Notes: a model not told the origin generated them from the sequence alone. Counted from the stretch's first letter, positions 1 through 15,343 are shown. The stretch is DNA of 64,000 nt from Herpetosiphonaceae bacterium (GCA_036374795.1 DASUTC010000210.1:2533-66532); one strand, 5' to 3'. Translations and numbers: made by a program.

Positions 1-1
1 C

Positions 2-664
2 GGCAGCGGCACGCTTGAGGAGTCGATGCTGGAATGGTCCGAGCAGCACGGCAGCAGCACGCTCACCGAGGGTCCCGACGCGGGCAGGCGGCAGGTCTGG
101 ATCAGAGGCTTTGAGAACGATCGCTGGCTGCAAGCGTTCTTCGAGCAGCGCGGCTACCAGCGCGATGAGGACTTCATGTTCCACTACTGCCGCTCGCTCG
201 ACGGGCCGATCCCTGAGCCGACGCTACCGCCGGGCTTTCGCGTGCGGCACGTCGGCGGGGAAGAAGAGTGGAACCAGCGCGTCGAGACGCACCGCGAGGT
301 CTGGCATCCCTCGAAGGTCACGCTCGAAGCCTACCGGCGGCTGCGTCAAGCGCCGGGCTACATCCCGGAGCTGGATCTGGTGGTCGAGACACCCGGCGGC
401 GACTTTGGAGCCTACTGCATCTGCTGGCTCGATCGGATCAACGGCCTTGGCGAGTTCGAGCCGGTCGGGACTCGTCCGGCCTATCGCGGCCAGGGGCTGG
501 GCAAGGCGGTCATGCTGGAAGGGCTGCGGCGCTTGCAGGAGCGCGGCGCGCAGAGCGCGCTGGTCTACTCCGAAGGCAACAACGTGGCCTCCAACCGGCT
601 GTACCAGTCCGTCGGGTTTCAGCCCGTCGATAAAGATCTCTTTTTTACCAGGATCGTGTCGTGA
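2..664 (+). CDS. GNAT family N-acetyltransferase, 5' end off the window (probably two GNAT domains)
   Basis: The frame stays open back to nt 2 (GSGTLEES precedes the ORF-track Met at 26). Acetyl-CoA motif [15 protein letters not shown]. Stop TGA at 662-664. Confidence 0.7.
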   Translation, partial: GSGTLEESMLEWSEQHGSSTLTEGPDAGRRQVWIRGFENDRWLQAFFEQRGYQRDEDFMFHYCRSLDGPIPEPTLPPGFRVRHVGGEEEWNQRVETHREVWHPSKVTLEAYRRLRQAPGYIPELDLVVETPGGDFGAYCICWLDRINGLGEFEPVGTRPAYRGQGLGKAVMLEGLRRLQERGAQSALVYSEGNNVASNRLYQSVGFQPVDKDLFFTRIVS

Positions 665-699
665 CATGCGCATCCGGCACGGAGCGAACAGGGAGTGCT

Positions 700-1851
700 A
701 TGCACGCAACGATGACGCTGCTGCCCGGCGATGGGATCGGGCCGGAGGTGGTGGCCGAGGGCGCGAAAGTCCTCGCCGCTGTCGCGGAGCGCTGGGAGCA
801 TCGCTTCGAGCTGCGAGAGGCGCTGATTGGCGGCTGCGCGCTCGACGCGACCGGCTCGTCGCTGCCCGCTGAGACGGTGCAGCTTTGCCGCTCCGCCGAC
901 GCCGTGCTGCTGGGCGCGGTCGGCGGTCCCAAATGGGACGATCCCCATGCCGCCGATCGGCCTGAGCGCGGCCTGCTCGGCATTCGCAAAGCGCTCGATC
1001 TCTTCGCCAACTTGCGTCCGGTGACGGTCTATCCCTCGATCAGCGCGGCCTCGCCACTGCGCATGGAGCTGCTGGCGGGCGTCGATCTGATCGTCGTGCG
1101 CGAGCTGACCGGCGGGATCTACTTCGGGCCGAAGAGCCGCGAGGCCGTGGGCGACGGCGCGGAGCGCGCCAAGGATGTCTGCGTCTACACCACGGGCGAG
1201 ATCGAGCGGATCGTGCGCGTGGCCTGCGCGATGGCCCGCGAGCGGCGCGGCAAGCTCACCAGCGTCGATAAGGCCAACGTGCTGGAAACGTCGCGGCTGT
1301 GGCGCACCGTGACCACGCGCGTCGTCGCCGAGGAGTACCCCGACCTTCAGCTTGAGCATATGCTGGTCGATGCGGCGGCGATGCATCTGCTGCGCCGTCC
1401 CGCCGACTTCGATGTGATCGTCACTGAAAACATGTTCGGCGATATTCTTTCGGACGAAGCCTCGATGCTGGCCGGATCGATGGGCCTGCTGCCGAGCGCG
1501 TCGCTGGGCGGCGCAGAACAGCGGGACCGACAGGCCGGGAACGCCGAGCGCACGGACATGATCGCGTATCCGGCAGGGCGGACGCGGATCGGGCTGTACG
1601 AGCCGATCCACGGTTCCGCGCCCGACATCGCCGGGCGGGGCATCGCGAATCCACTGGCGACGATCCTCAGCGTCGCGATGCTGCTGCGTTACTCGCTTGG
1701 CCTGCACAACGAGGCGCAGGCGGTCGAGGCTGCCGTGCAGCAGGTGCTCGTGCAGGGCCACGTGACCGCCGACATCGCGCCTGCGGGAGCGCCCGCCTAC
1801 ACGACCAGCCAGGTTGGCGATGCGGTGGTCGCGGCGCTCCGTGCCGGGTAG
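700..1851 (+). CDS. leuB: 3-isopropylmalate dehydrogenase
   Basis: [19 protein letters not shown]-terminus, and [20 protein letters not shown] is the isocitrate/isopropylmalate dehydrogenase signature. GGGAG lies 4 nt before ATG 700; ATG 712 is an alternative start. Confidence 0.9.
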   Translation: MHATMTLLPGDGIGPEVVAEGAKVLAAVAERWEHRFELREALIGGCALDATGSSLPAETVQLCRSADAVLLGAVGGPKWDDPHAADRPERGLLGIRKALDLFANLRPVTVYPSISAASPLRMELLAGVDLIVVRELTGGIYFGPKSREAVGDGAERAKDVCVYTTGEIERIVRVACAMARERRGKLTSVDKANVLETSRLWRTVTTRVVAEEYPDLQLEHMLVDAAAMHLLRRPADFDVIVTENMFGDILSDEASMLAGSMGLLPSASLGGAEQRDRQAGNAERTDMIAYPAGRTRIGLYEPIHGSAPDIAGRGIANPLATILSVAMLLRYSLGLHNEAQAVEAAVQQVLVQGHVTADIAPAGAPAYTTSQVGDAVVAALRAG

Positions 1852-1953
1852 CCGGATCGGGGGTGGAGCCTGCTCCAACAGCAGGCTCCGCCGGCGTTGG
1901 ATACAGGGGCGTAATCCCTCGCTTCGTGAAGGTTAGGAACAGGACACACCGAA

Positions 1954-1987
1954 GCCGCTGGCAGACACATCGCCAGCGGCTATTTTT
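1954..1987 (+). terminator. Intrinsic terminator after leuB
   Basis: GCCGCTGGC-agacacatc-GCCAGCGGC followed by TATTTTT. A second hairpin without a U-tract lies at 1865-1889. Confidence 0.65.
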
Positions 1988-2448
1988 GTCGCCAGCGGCG
2001 GCAGTGCTCTGCCTATTGCAGCATCAAAGAACTGTTTGAGAAAGCCTTGATCCGATTCCGCATGAAAAGGGGAAATCGTTGGGAGCCATCCCAACCCCCG
2101 GCCTGCTGGCGCACGAGTCTTGCCTCCGCTGTTTCAAGGTTTTTTTCAGGAAATATTAAGGCGCGTTAAGCGCTCTGTTAAGACCGTTGGTGTTTACTGT
2201 TATTAACCGATAATTCCCCAGGTGGCACCTCAGTACGGTTGAGAGTCTCAGGAAGGCCATATCCTCGGTGTTCCATCCTCGGCCACTACGCGCAGGTCAG
2301 CCACGAGCAAGCACATGTTAAAGGAGGTGAGCTGAGCTACCAGCCTTGTGATTCGATCGGCCAGGCGAAAGGTCGTCGGCTGATCACAGCGATGATCTAT
2401 GGTCCGCGCGGTTACGTTCCCGTTTACGATCCTGAAGGAAAATCCTCT

Positions 2449-3024
2449 ATGATGTACCGTCTGATCCGTACCGCCATCCTTTCCGCGATGGTTTGGAGTG
2501 CCGTCATCTTCAGCTCGCAGGCATCAGCCTGGGGGCCGTCGCCAGCCCATGCCAGAACGATGGTCGGCTGGCATCCCGGCACCATCGGCCTGTATCAACA
2601 CCACGTCTCAGGGAACACCGACGGCGGTAATCCCTGTAGTACGGCCTACTGCAACATGGTTTCACTGCGCGACAGGGCAGTGATGTGGCGAAGCTGGTGG
2701 GGGCATAAGGGCGCTACTGCGACGTATGCCAATCACACGATGATCGCGGCGATGGAGGCGATGATCTGGGAGCACTACCATCGCTACTCCGTCTCGGCGA
2801 TTGCTGGCGGAAGCCACAGCACCTACTCACACCATTACAATGGAGACGCCTTTGACGTGCCTGAGATCGCCGGTACGCCCGTCAGCTATAGCGATCCTCA
2901 TCACAACGCCTTCATGCAGTTCTGCCGCAACTACGGCGCTCAGGAGGTGCTTGGGCCAGGCAATGCGGGCCATAGCAACCATGTCCACTGCGCGAAGTTC
3001 GCTCCATACAATGTCTGGAACTAG
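2449..3024 (+). CDS. Secreted LAS-family (peptidase M15 / VanY-like) zinc peptidase, putative
   Basis: ATG 2449 follows GAAGGA. Signal-peptide-like MMYRLIRTAILSAMVWSAVIFSSQASA. SHHYNGDAFDV fits the LAS SxHxxGxAxD motif and NHVHCA fits the HxH motif. Family assignment is from motifs only. Confidence 0.5.
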   Translation: MMYRLIRTAILSAMVWSAVIFSSQASAWGPSPAHARTMVGWHPGTIGLYQHHVSGNTDGGNPCSTAYCNMVSLRDRAVMWRSWWGHKGATATYANHTMIAAMEAMIWEHYHRYSVSAIAGGSHSTYSHHYNGDAFDVPEIAGTPVSYSDPHHNAFMQFCRNYGAQEVLGPGNAGHSNHVHCAKFAPYNVWN

Positions 3025-3084
3025 GATTCTCCCGCACTGATCCGTCTGGTTCAATCCCTCGACAGAGGGCAGAACGAGGCCAAT

Positions 3085-3112
3085 AAGCCCGGTTCCTTCA
3101 CGCTCCGGGCTT
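3085..3112 (+). terminator. Hairpin downstream of the peptidase gene
   Basis: AAGCCCGG-12 nt-CCGGGCTT. The T-tract is weak. Confidence 0.35.
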
Positions 3113-3249
3113 ATCCTGCTCATGTACGGTTTTCGTGGTGCAGAATCACTGCGCGTGTTGGCGGGACAACCCAGCCCGTTGTTCGCTGTTCTGCGCCTAG
3201 TCTGTCGGCGCGCGGGCACAGTTTGGGATACATCATGTGGAGGACGACG

Positions 3250-4569
3250 ATGATCGGGCAAGGCGCACGGGACCACGCAATTTCTCCAATGCCGCACAAG
3301 CAACGATATGCACTCTGGCAGCGGGTTTTGCTCCATACCTGCGTGATCGTGGCGGTTGGCTTGTTGATGTTGGGAGGCCGCTGGTTCTGGGAAGAACGCT
3401 ACCTGCCCAGCCGTACCGTAGGGCAGGTCGGTGAGCGCACGATTACCCGGCGCGACTACCTGATCGTCCTGGAGCTGAACCTGGCTCAATTTATTCTCAA
3501 GACCCAGGACAAGATTAAGGCGTACGATCAGATCATGCAAACGTCCCAGGACGAAAAGGCGCGGTCGTTCGCGGAACAGGCGCGTCAACAGTATGTAAAA
3601 GGTCTTGACGACACGCTGACGCGCTATGCGCAGCTTCGCGGCGGGCCGCTGCGCTATATTGTGCTCAACCAGATGATCGAGGACGATCTGATCCTGCAAG
3701 GCGCTGCTCGTGACGGCGTTACGGTCGGCGACGATGATGTCTACCGAACGCTGGCCGCCAAGCTGCTGTCGCCGCCCCAAGAAGAGCCAGCGATCCCCCT
3801 GACTCCGACCTTGCCGCTGAGCGAAGTGGGGAGCGCTGCCATGACGCCCGCTGCGGCGCGAGAGACGGTCGTGCGCACGTTGAGCGCCGCCTATGATGAG
3901 CTGGCGCGGATGCTCACGGAGTCGTACGGCATCTCGCCGCAGATCTCGCGCGAAGACTACATCAAGCATACCGTGCATCATCAGCGGGTCCAGTTATTAC
4001 GGGAGCGGATCGGCTTCGATCTTGTTCCGATCCAGGAGCCGCCTCCGCAGCTGCAAGCCTATGCGCAGGTCATGGTCTTGACGATTCCCAGACCGATCAC
4101 GGCAACCGATGAGTTCCTGGAGGCCGCGTATGCCAGGCGCAAAGTCCAGGCAGATGTGGCCTATGCCCAGATCAATCAGGGAGCCGATTTCGCAACTGTC
4201 GGCAAGCCCTACGCTGTCGAGGCGAATGAAGACTACGAGCCGCAGTGGATTGTGATCGATCAATTGTTTCCAGAGCAGGCGGAGGCGCTGCGGACGCAGC
4301 CGCTAGGCGAGGTGGGACCGCCCGTGAAGTCGACGGCGGGCTGGTTTCTCTTCAAAGTCTTGCGGCGCGAGCTGCGGCCTGATGAAAACACGGTGCCGGA
4401 TATGCGCGTTGCCGCGTTCCATCGATGGCTAGAACACCAGCGCGCAACGCTACCCGTCAGGCGCTTCCCTGAGCCTACGGCAATGCCCACCGGCCTTGTC
4501 ATCCCACCGGAAGACGCCGATCACGGCCACACGGCAGCGCCGACGCCAACTCCCGCCAGCGCTCGATAA
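3250..4569 (+). CDS. Membrane-anchored parvulin-type peptidyl-prolyl isomerase (PrsA/SurA-like)
   Basis: GGAGGA lies 6 nt before ATG 3250. TM segment VLLHTCVIVAVGLLMLGG. C-terminal PPIC-type domain (GADFATVGK...STAGWFLFKVLRRE). Confidence 0.7.
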   Translation: MIGQGARDHAISPMPHKQRYALWQRVLLHTCVIVAVGLLMLGGRWFWEERYLPSRTVGQVGERTITRRDYLIVLELNLAQFILKTQDKIKAYDQIMQTSQDEKARSFAEQARQQYVKGLDDTLTRYAQLRGGPLRYIVLNQMIEDDLILQGAARDGVTVGDDDVYRTLAAKLLSPPQEEPAIPLTPTLPLSEVGSAAMTPAAARETVVRTLSAAYDELARMLTESYGISPQISREDYIKHTVHHQRVQLLRERIGFDLVPIQEPPPQLQAYAQVMVLTIPRPITATDEFLEAAYARRKVQADVAYAQINQGADFATVGKPYAVEANEDYEPQWIVIDQLFPEQAEALRTQPLGEVGPPVKSTAGWFLFKVLRRELRPDENTVPDMRVAAFHRWLEHQRATLPVRRFPEPTAMPTGLVIPPEDADHGHTAAPTPTPASAR

Positions 4570-4578
4570 TAGAAAGGT

Positions 4579-4605
4579 GGAGGCGCGACCACACGCCGCG
4601 CCTCC
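4579..4605. terminator. Hairpin between convergent genes
   Basis: GGAGGCGCG-9 nt-CGCGCCTCC. There is no clear U-tract on the plus strand and CCTTTCTATT on the minus strand. Confidence 0.35.
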
Positions 4606-4618
4606 GCGCACCGACCGA

Positions 4619-5116
4619 TTAAGCGCCTGCCTCGCGTGTCTGCTGCCCAAGGAAGATCTGCACGACCATCGGCAGTTGCTGGTCCAGCCAGCGCTGCATC
4701 TCCTCCTCGTCGCGCAGAATCTCCTGGCAGATGCGCGCCGTCTCCATATCGCCCACATGCTGCGCCGTGGCGATCAGCGCCTTGTACGATGCGATCTCGA
4801 AGTGCTCGGTCGAGTAGTCGGCGAGCGCGTTTTTGACGATCTCATCGCTGGAAACTGCCATCGGCACCTCCTTCAGCGTCCCGAACATGCTGGCAAGGCC
4901 GGTCTTGATCGTCGAGACATCGCCGCCCAGACGCTCGATACAGCCTCGCACCAGATCGGCGTGCCGATTCGTCTCGTCGACGTGCTGGCGGATTCTGGCC
5001 TCGATCTGCGGATGGTTCTTGGCATCCTTGGCGTGATTTTCCAGCACCGGCACGAGCGCTTTTTCCATCGAGTACGCATCCTTCAGCCAGTTGACCAGTT
5101 GTTCTCGTGCTTGCAT
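4619..5116 (-). CDS. DUF892 / YciE-YciF-like ferritin-like stress protein
   Basis: MQAREQLVNWLKDAYSMEKALVPVLENHAKDAK is typical of DUF892. AGGAGGG RBS precedes ATG 5116. Confidence 0.75.
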   Translation of the reverse strand: MQAREQLVNWLKDAYSMEKALVPVLENHAKDAKNHPQIEARIRQHVDETNRHADLVRGCIERLGGDVSTIKTGLASMFGTLKEVPMAVSSDEIVKNALADYSTEHFEIASYKALIATAQHVGDMETARICQEILRDEEEMQRWLDQQLPMVVQIFLGQQTREAGA

Positions 5117-5328
5117 AGCCTTCCCTCCTGGCGTGCCGTCAGGCCGGAGTTTGGGGTCGTCCCCCAAGCTCTCCCGCGCTGCTAACGATTAGCTCTCAGA
5201 CGCGGCAACTCCTGTGCCAGCAGATGCGCCGCGATCGAAGCGACGACCGCTTGGTTATTTCGCACAAACACAGGCGTCGAACGAGCACGCCGCGCCGCCG
5301 CCAGTTGTACGAAACGCCCAACTGGCGT

Positions 5329-5357
5329 TTGACAGCCCGCGTAACATCTTGTATAGT
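5329..5357 (+). promoter_or_regulatory. Sigma-70-type promoter for the gltB leader
   Basis: TTGACA (5329-5334), a 17-nt spacer, then TATAGT (5352-5357). Confidence 0.55.
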
Positions 5358-5396
5358 AAAGCGACATTAACTGCTCATTCTGTGGCGTTGACTACG

Positions 5397-5440
5397 CGCC
5401 CACCACGCCTCATTGACGAGGCAACGGTGGGCGTTTTGTG
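5397..5440 (+). terminator. Terminator-like hairpin early in the gltB leader
   Basis: CGCCCACC...GCCTC-attgac-GAGGC...GGTGGGCG followed by TTTTGTGT. It lies about 35-75 nt downstream of the predicted TSS and about 190 nt before the gltB ATG. Confidence 0.45.
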
Positions 5441-5627
5441 TCCCCCGGAGCTGCCTCGTCGCCGATGGCTGTGGCTCTGTGTCCCAATGATGTGCTGCTC
5501 AACGACTTCGATCGTCGTACGCGCCTCGACCTGCTGAGGCCAGAGACAGTGTACGCGCACCTGGGGTGTGCATCGACCGACCGGCACCCTGATGTGCCGC
5601 TTGAACATGCAGCGATGAGAGGGACCT

Positions 5628-10106
<4,479 letters not shown>

Positions 10107-10124
10107 GCACCCGGCGATCCACGG

Positions 10125-10156
10125 CTCCCCGCTTGCTTCGGCAGGCGGGGAGTTTT
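10125..10156 (+). terminator. Intrinsic terminator after gltB
   Basis: CTCCCCGC-12 nt-GCGGGGAG followed by TTTT. Confidence 0.6.
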
Positions 10157-10202
10157 CGTCTCAGCGCTTGCTCCAGCCCCTACGTTTGGTAGATGCCTGC
10201 GC

Positions 10203-10439
10203 TCAGGAGAATCTGGTCGTGTTGGTGTGGTGCGCCGAGGTGCGCAGCAGCACCACGACGCTGCCAAAGACCGGGATCAGCAGCACGACGAGCGTCCAGA
10301 GCAGATACTGCGCCTCGGAGAGCGGCAATCGCCGCAGCCGTTGCAGGCCCAGCGCGGTCAGCACCACCCAGGCGATCAGCAGGGTCAGGTTGAGCAGAAA
10401 CAGGAAGAAGGTGATCGGTAGAATTCCTTGCGGGTCCAT
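10203..10439 (-). CDS. Small two-TM membrane protein (PLDc_N-like)
   Basis: MDPQGILPITFFLFLLNLTLLIAWVVL...LLWTLVVLLIPVFGSVVVLL. Two hydrophobic helices with a basic loop between them. Confidence 0.5.
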   Translation of the reverse strand: MDPQGILPITFFLFLLNLTLLIAWVVLTALGLQRLRRLPLSEAQYLLWTLVVLLIPVFGSVVVLLRTSAHHTNTTRFS

Positions 10440-10613
10440 ACACTCACTTCTAGAATGGATCATCTACTGTGATGCTGATCATACACCATTTCGCGGCGGC
10501 TGGCTAGATCATATTCCGCGCCTGCCACGATCGTTTGACAGCGGTGTGACAATACCTGAATCCAGCGAGATCGACCCGTCGTGCAATGTCGTGCTAGGAT
10601 CAGGAGGGCAGCT

Positions 10614-11435
10614 ATGTGTCTACCGGAAACACTCGCCGCGTTGAATGCCGCCGTTAGCCGTCGAGATGTGTTCAAAGGTGTTGCCGCCGCCGCCCTTGGG
10701 GCGACACTTCCGCAGATCACCCAGGCCGAGCCAGCCCGATCCGTGCGCGTGAGCCGCGCCGTCGATCTCACACATATTATGGGAACCCAGATGCCCGTTT
10801 TCCCCGGCTACGATCCGATGCGGATCGACGTAATCCGCACCCATGATCGAGACGGATATTATGTGAATCGGCTCACGCTGGCCGAGCACACCGGCACGCA
10901 TATGGACGCGCCGCTGCATTTCGCGAAAGATGGCCTGTCGGTGCATGCCATCCCCGCCGAGCGGCTGATCGGCCCGCTGGCGGTGATCGATATTCGCGCG
11001 CGTGTCGCCCGCGACCCCGATGCCATGGTGATGCCCGACGATATTCTGGTCTGGGAGCGGCGTCACGGTCGGCTGCCTGCCGGGGCGATCGTGATCATGA
11101 ACAGCGGATGGGCCACGCGGATCGGCGATAGCGCGGCATTCCTCAACGCCGATGCTGGCGGCACGCTGCATTTTCCGGGCTGGAGCAAGGCCGCAACCGA
11201 TCTGCTGATGAACGAGCGCAGGGTGATCGGCATCGGCGTCGATACGTTGAGTCTCGACCACGGGGCGTCAAAGGATTTTGCGGTGCATTACTCGTGGCTG
11301 CCGAGCGGGCGCTGGGGCCTCGAAAACGTGGCAAATCTCACGGAGGTGTCGCCCGCCGGTGCGATGCTCTTTGTCGGCGCTCCAAAAGTCTACGGCGGCT
11401 CAGGCGGCCCAACACGCCTGATCGCGGTGATGTAA
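10614..11435 (+). CDS. Cyclase family protein / kynurenine formamidase-like, Tat-type signal
   Basis: GGAGGG RBS. SRRDVFKGVAAAALGA is a twin-arginine-like signal. HTGTHMDAPLHF is the cyclase motif. Confidence 0.75.
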   Translation: MCLPETLAALNAAVSRRDVFKGVAAAALGATLPQITQAEPARSVRVSRAVDLTHIMGTQMPVFPGYDPMRIDVIRTHDRDGYYVNRLTLAEHTGTHMDAPLHFAKDGLSVHAIPAERLIGPLAVIDIRARVARDPDAMVMPDDILVWERRHGRLPAGAIVIMNSGWATRIGDSAAFLNADAGGTLHFPGWSKAATDLLMNERRVIGIGVDTLSLDHGASKDFAVHYSWLPSGRWGLENVANLTEVSPAGAMLFVGAPKVYGGSGGPTRLIAVM

Positions 11436-11496
11436 ACCACGAACGGTCCGATGGCGCGTCGGCCCGTTCAGCGCGCATGGCAAGCCGGTGCGATGA

Positions 11497-12174
11497 TCAG
11501 AGATCCGGAAGCTGCCAGTCGATCTCCGGCTTGCCATGCTCACGCAGCGCCGCGTTGATCTTCGAGAATGGCCTGCTGCCGAAAAAGCCGCGCTTGGCCG
11601 AGAGCGGCGACGGATGCACGCCCTCGACGATCGTGTGACGCGCGGTGTCGATCAGATCGCGCTTCTTCTGCGCGTAGCTGCCCCACAGCACAAAGATCAC
11701 GCCGTCGTCTTTGTCGTTGACAGTGCGGATCACGGTGTCGGTGAACTGCTCCCAGCCTTTGTTTTTGTGCGAGTTCGGCTCGTGCGCCCGCACGGTCAGC
11801 ACCGCGTTGAGCAGCAGGATGCCCTGCCTGGCCCACGGCACGAGGTAGCCGTTATTGGGCACGCGGCAGCCTAGGTCGTCGCGCAGCTCCTTGAAGATAT
11901 TTTTGAGCGACGGCGGCGGCTTGATGCCGGGCCGTACCGAAAAGCACAGCCCGTGCGCCTGGTTGTCGTCGTGATACGGGTCCTGGCCCAGCAGCAGCAC
12001 GTTCACGGCATCATACGGCGTTAGCTCGAAGGCGGAGAAGACTTCCGGCTCCGGCGGATAGACCGCGTGCTCGCGTCGCTCGTCGTCGAGGAAGCCGCGC
12101 AGGCGGTGGAAATAGGGCTTGTCGAACTCGTCGGCCAGCAAGGGCTGCCAGGATGGTGGAAGTTGAGGCTGCAT
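11497..12174 (-). CDS. ung: Uracil-DNA glycosylase (family 1)
   Basis: GQDPYH and HPSPLSA motifs. The ORF-track start at 12180 is TTG; ATG is at 12174. Confidence 0.9.
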   Translation of the reverse strand: MQPQLPPSWQPLLADEFDKPYFHRLRGFLDDERREHAVYPPEPEVFSAFELTPYDAVNVLLLGQDPYHDDNQAHGLCFSVRPGIKPPPSLKNIFKELRDDLGCRVPNNGYLVPWARQGILLLNAVLTVRAHEPNSHKNKGWEQFTDTVIRTVNDKDDGVIFVLWGSYAQKKRDLIDTARHTIVEGVHPSPLSAKRGFFGSRPFSKINAALREHGKPEIDWQLPDL

Positions 12175-12208
12175 CGTCAAACCTTACACGAAACGGAGCG
12201 TCAAGCGA

Positions 12209-13327
12209 TTAGCGCTCCTGCTCACGCTCCATCGATCGGATGAACTCGGTGAAAAGCGGGTCGGCGTCGTGGGGGCCGGGCGCGGCCTCCGGGTGATACT
12301 GCACCGAGAACGCCGGATAGCGCGTGTGGCGCAGCCCCTCGACGGTGCCGTCGTTCAGGTTGCGGTGCGTCACCTGCACGTCCTCCGGCAGCGATTCGGC
12401 ATCGACCGAGAAGCCGTGGTTTTGCGACGTGATCTGCACGTGGCCGGTCGCCAGGTCTTTGACCGGATGGTTGCAGCCGTGGTGGCCGTAGGGCAGCTTG
12501 AAGGTCTTGCCGCCGACAGCCAGGCCCATGAGCTGGTGGCCCAGGCAGATCCCGAACATCGGCTTGCGGCCAAGCAGCGCATGAATATTCTCCACGGCAT
12601 AGCCGAGCGTGGCCGGATCGCCGGGGCCGTTGGAGAGGAAAACGCCGTCGGGATTGAGCTTGAGTACCTCGGCGGCGCTCATCGTCGCCGGAACCACCGT
12701 AACGTGCGCGCCGTGGTCGACGAGCTTGCGCAGGATGTTGCGCTTCAGCCCGAAGTCGTAGGCCACGACGTGGAAGCGGGGCTGGATCGGCGTCGTCTCA
12801 CTGGCCCACTCGCCGCTGCCCTCGGTCCAGGTATAGATCTCGTGGGTGCCCACGCCGCTGGCGAGATCCAGGCCCTCCATGCTGGGCGTCGCACGCGCCA
12901 GGCTCAGCAGATGATCGACATCGTCCGTCTCGGTCGAGATCGCGGCTCGCAGCGCGCCTTTTGCGCGAATATGCCGCGTCAGTGCGCGGGTATCGATGTC
13001 GGCCAGCGCGATGATGTTGTTTTCGCGGAGGTAGTGCGATAGCCCGGTGCGGGCACGCCACGACGAGTAATCGTCGGAGTAGGCGCGCACCAGAAAGCCC
13101 GCGACATACGGCTTTTCGGCTTCGGGATCGATCTCGTTCACGCCGGTATTGCCGATATGCGCCGCCGTCATGGTGACGATCTGCCCCGCGTAGGAGGGAT
13201 CGGTCAGCACCTCCTGATAGCCGGTCATGCCGGTCGCAAAGACTACCTCGCCGGTCGTCTCGCCGTCCGCGCCGAACGAGCGGCCCCAGAAGACGCGGCC
13301 ATCTTCGAGCACAAGTAAAGCGTCCAT
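12209..13327 (-). CDS. carA: Carbamoyl-phosphate synthase small (glutaminase) subunit
   Basis: GICLGHQ catalytic Cys motif and HGFSV...QYHPEA. Full-length CarA architecture. Confidence 0.93.
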   Translation of the reverse strand: MDALLVLEDGRVFWGRSFGADGETTGEVVFATGMTGYQEVLTDPSYAGQIVTMTAAHIGNTGVNEIDPEAEKPYVAGFLVRAYSDDYSSWRARTGLSHYLRENNIIALADIDTRALTRHIRAKGALRAAISTETDDVDHLLSLARATPSMEGLDLASGVGTHEIYTWTEGSGEWASETTPIQPRFHVVAYDFGLKRNILRKLVDHGAHVTVVPATMSAAEVLKLNPDGVFLSNGPGDPATLGYAVENIHALLGRKPMFGICLGHQLMGLAVGGKTFKLPYGHHGCNHPVKDLATGHVQITSQNHGFSVDAESLPEDVQVTHRNLNDGTVEGLRHTRYPAFSVQYHPEAAPGPHDADPLFTEFIRSMEREQER

Positions 13328-13392
13328 CTCACCTCATATACCATGAGCCAGGGATTCCGCGATCCCTGGCTGCCTCTAGCTCTTGTTGTTTA

Positions 13393-14586
<1,194 letters not shown>

Positions 14587-14595
14587 CGTATGTTC

Positions 14596-15336
14596 CTACC
14601 GTACAATCTGCGTTCCGGTTCCGGCCTGCAATCCGGCCAGGTTGGTGATACGCACCGCTGGCACGCCGCTCAGCGCATCGACCGCCGAGCGCACCTTGGG
14701 CACCATGCCGCCGCCGATCGTGCCGTCGGCGATACGCGCCTCAACCTGCGCCGAGGTAAGCTGCGGCAGCACCGCGCCGTCGATCAGCACGCCGGGCACG
14801 TTCGAGACAAAGATCAGCTCGTCGGCGCGCAGCGCGGCTGCCACGGCCAGCGCCGCGTGATCGGCGTTGACGTTAGTCGGGCGCTGGTCCTGCTGATCGA
14901 CCGAGATTGGCGAGATCACCGGCAGCCAGCCCTGCCCGATCAGCGCGTGCAGCACCTCGGCCCGCACCGCGACGATCTCGCCCACGCGGCCAAGATCGCG
15001 GCCACCGGGACGCAGCGGGCGGGTTTGCAGCAGATGCAGATCTACGCCGCTGATGCCGATCGCCGGAACGCCCGCCGCGTTGAGCTGTGCGACCAGCCGC
15101 TTGTTGATCGCGCCGCTGAGCACCTGCTCTACCACCGCCATCGCCGCATCGCTGGTGGCGCGCATGCCGTCGACAAACTCGAAGTCGAGGCCGTGCCGTG
15201 CCAGCGCCACGCCGGTTTCCTTCCCGCCGCCATGTACGATCGCGCCCGGCCCCGTCAGCGTCCGCACGGCTGCACAGAGGCCGCTCAAGAACTCCGGCTG
15301 ATCGATCTCGTTGCCGCCAATTTTGAGTACATACAT
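14596..15336 (-). CDS. argB: Acetylglutamate kinase (short, LysZ-like length)
   Basis: Amino-acid kinase fold: MYVLKIGGNE...VHGGGKE...ISVDQQ. Lies between argC and argD. Confidence 0.8.
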   Translation of the reverse strand: MYVLKIGGNEIDQPEFLSGLCAAVRTLTGPGAIVHGGGKETGVALARHGLDFEFVDGMRATSDAAMAVVEQVLSGAINKRLVAQLNAAGVPAIGISGVDLHLLQTRPLRPGGRDLGRVGEIVAVRAEVLHALIGQGWLPVISPISVDQQDQRPTNVNADHAALAVAAALRADELIFVSNVPGVLIDGAVLPQLTSAQVEARIADGTIGGGMVPKVRSAVDALSGVPAVRITNLAGLQAGTGTQIVR

Positions 15337-15343
15337 CGTCGTT

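Noticed and set aside
619-1878. Long antisense or alternate-frame ORFs throughout the track, for example 619-1878(-), 6192-8579(-), 22339-24498(-), 36540-38273(-), 38732-39733(-) and 62320-63498(-).
   Set aside because: These are typical high-GC shadow ORFs. They are Arg/Ala/Gly/Pro-rich with no motifs and no RBS, and each lies opposite or out of frame with a gene that has clear family signatures.
2000-2449. A c-di-AMP (ydaO) or other riboswitch in the long leader of the M15-like peptidase gene.
   Set aside because: I could not find the conserved ydaO, c-di-GMP, T-box or other core sequences by eye. It is left as something to scan with Infernal.
3048-3057. GGTTCAATCC resembles a tRNA T-loop.
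   Set aside because: The flanking bases (TCTGG / CCTCG) cannot form a T-stem, and no acceptor or anticodon arms are present. It is part of a small CCCTC-gaca-GAGGG hairpin.
5182-5367. 61-aa minus-strand ORF overlapping the gltB promoter.
   Set aside because: It has no RBS and no recognisable family. The region is better explained by the TTGACA/TATAGT promoter on the plus strand.
10107-10620. Expected gltD (glutamate synthase small subunit) downstream of gltB.
   Set aside because: It is not present. gltB is followed by a terminator and a small minus-strand membrane-protein gene.
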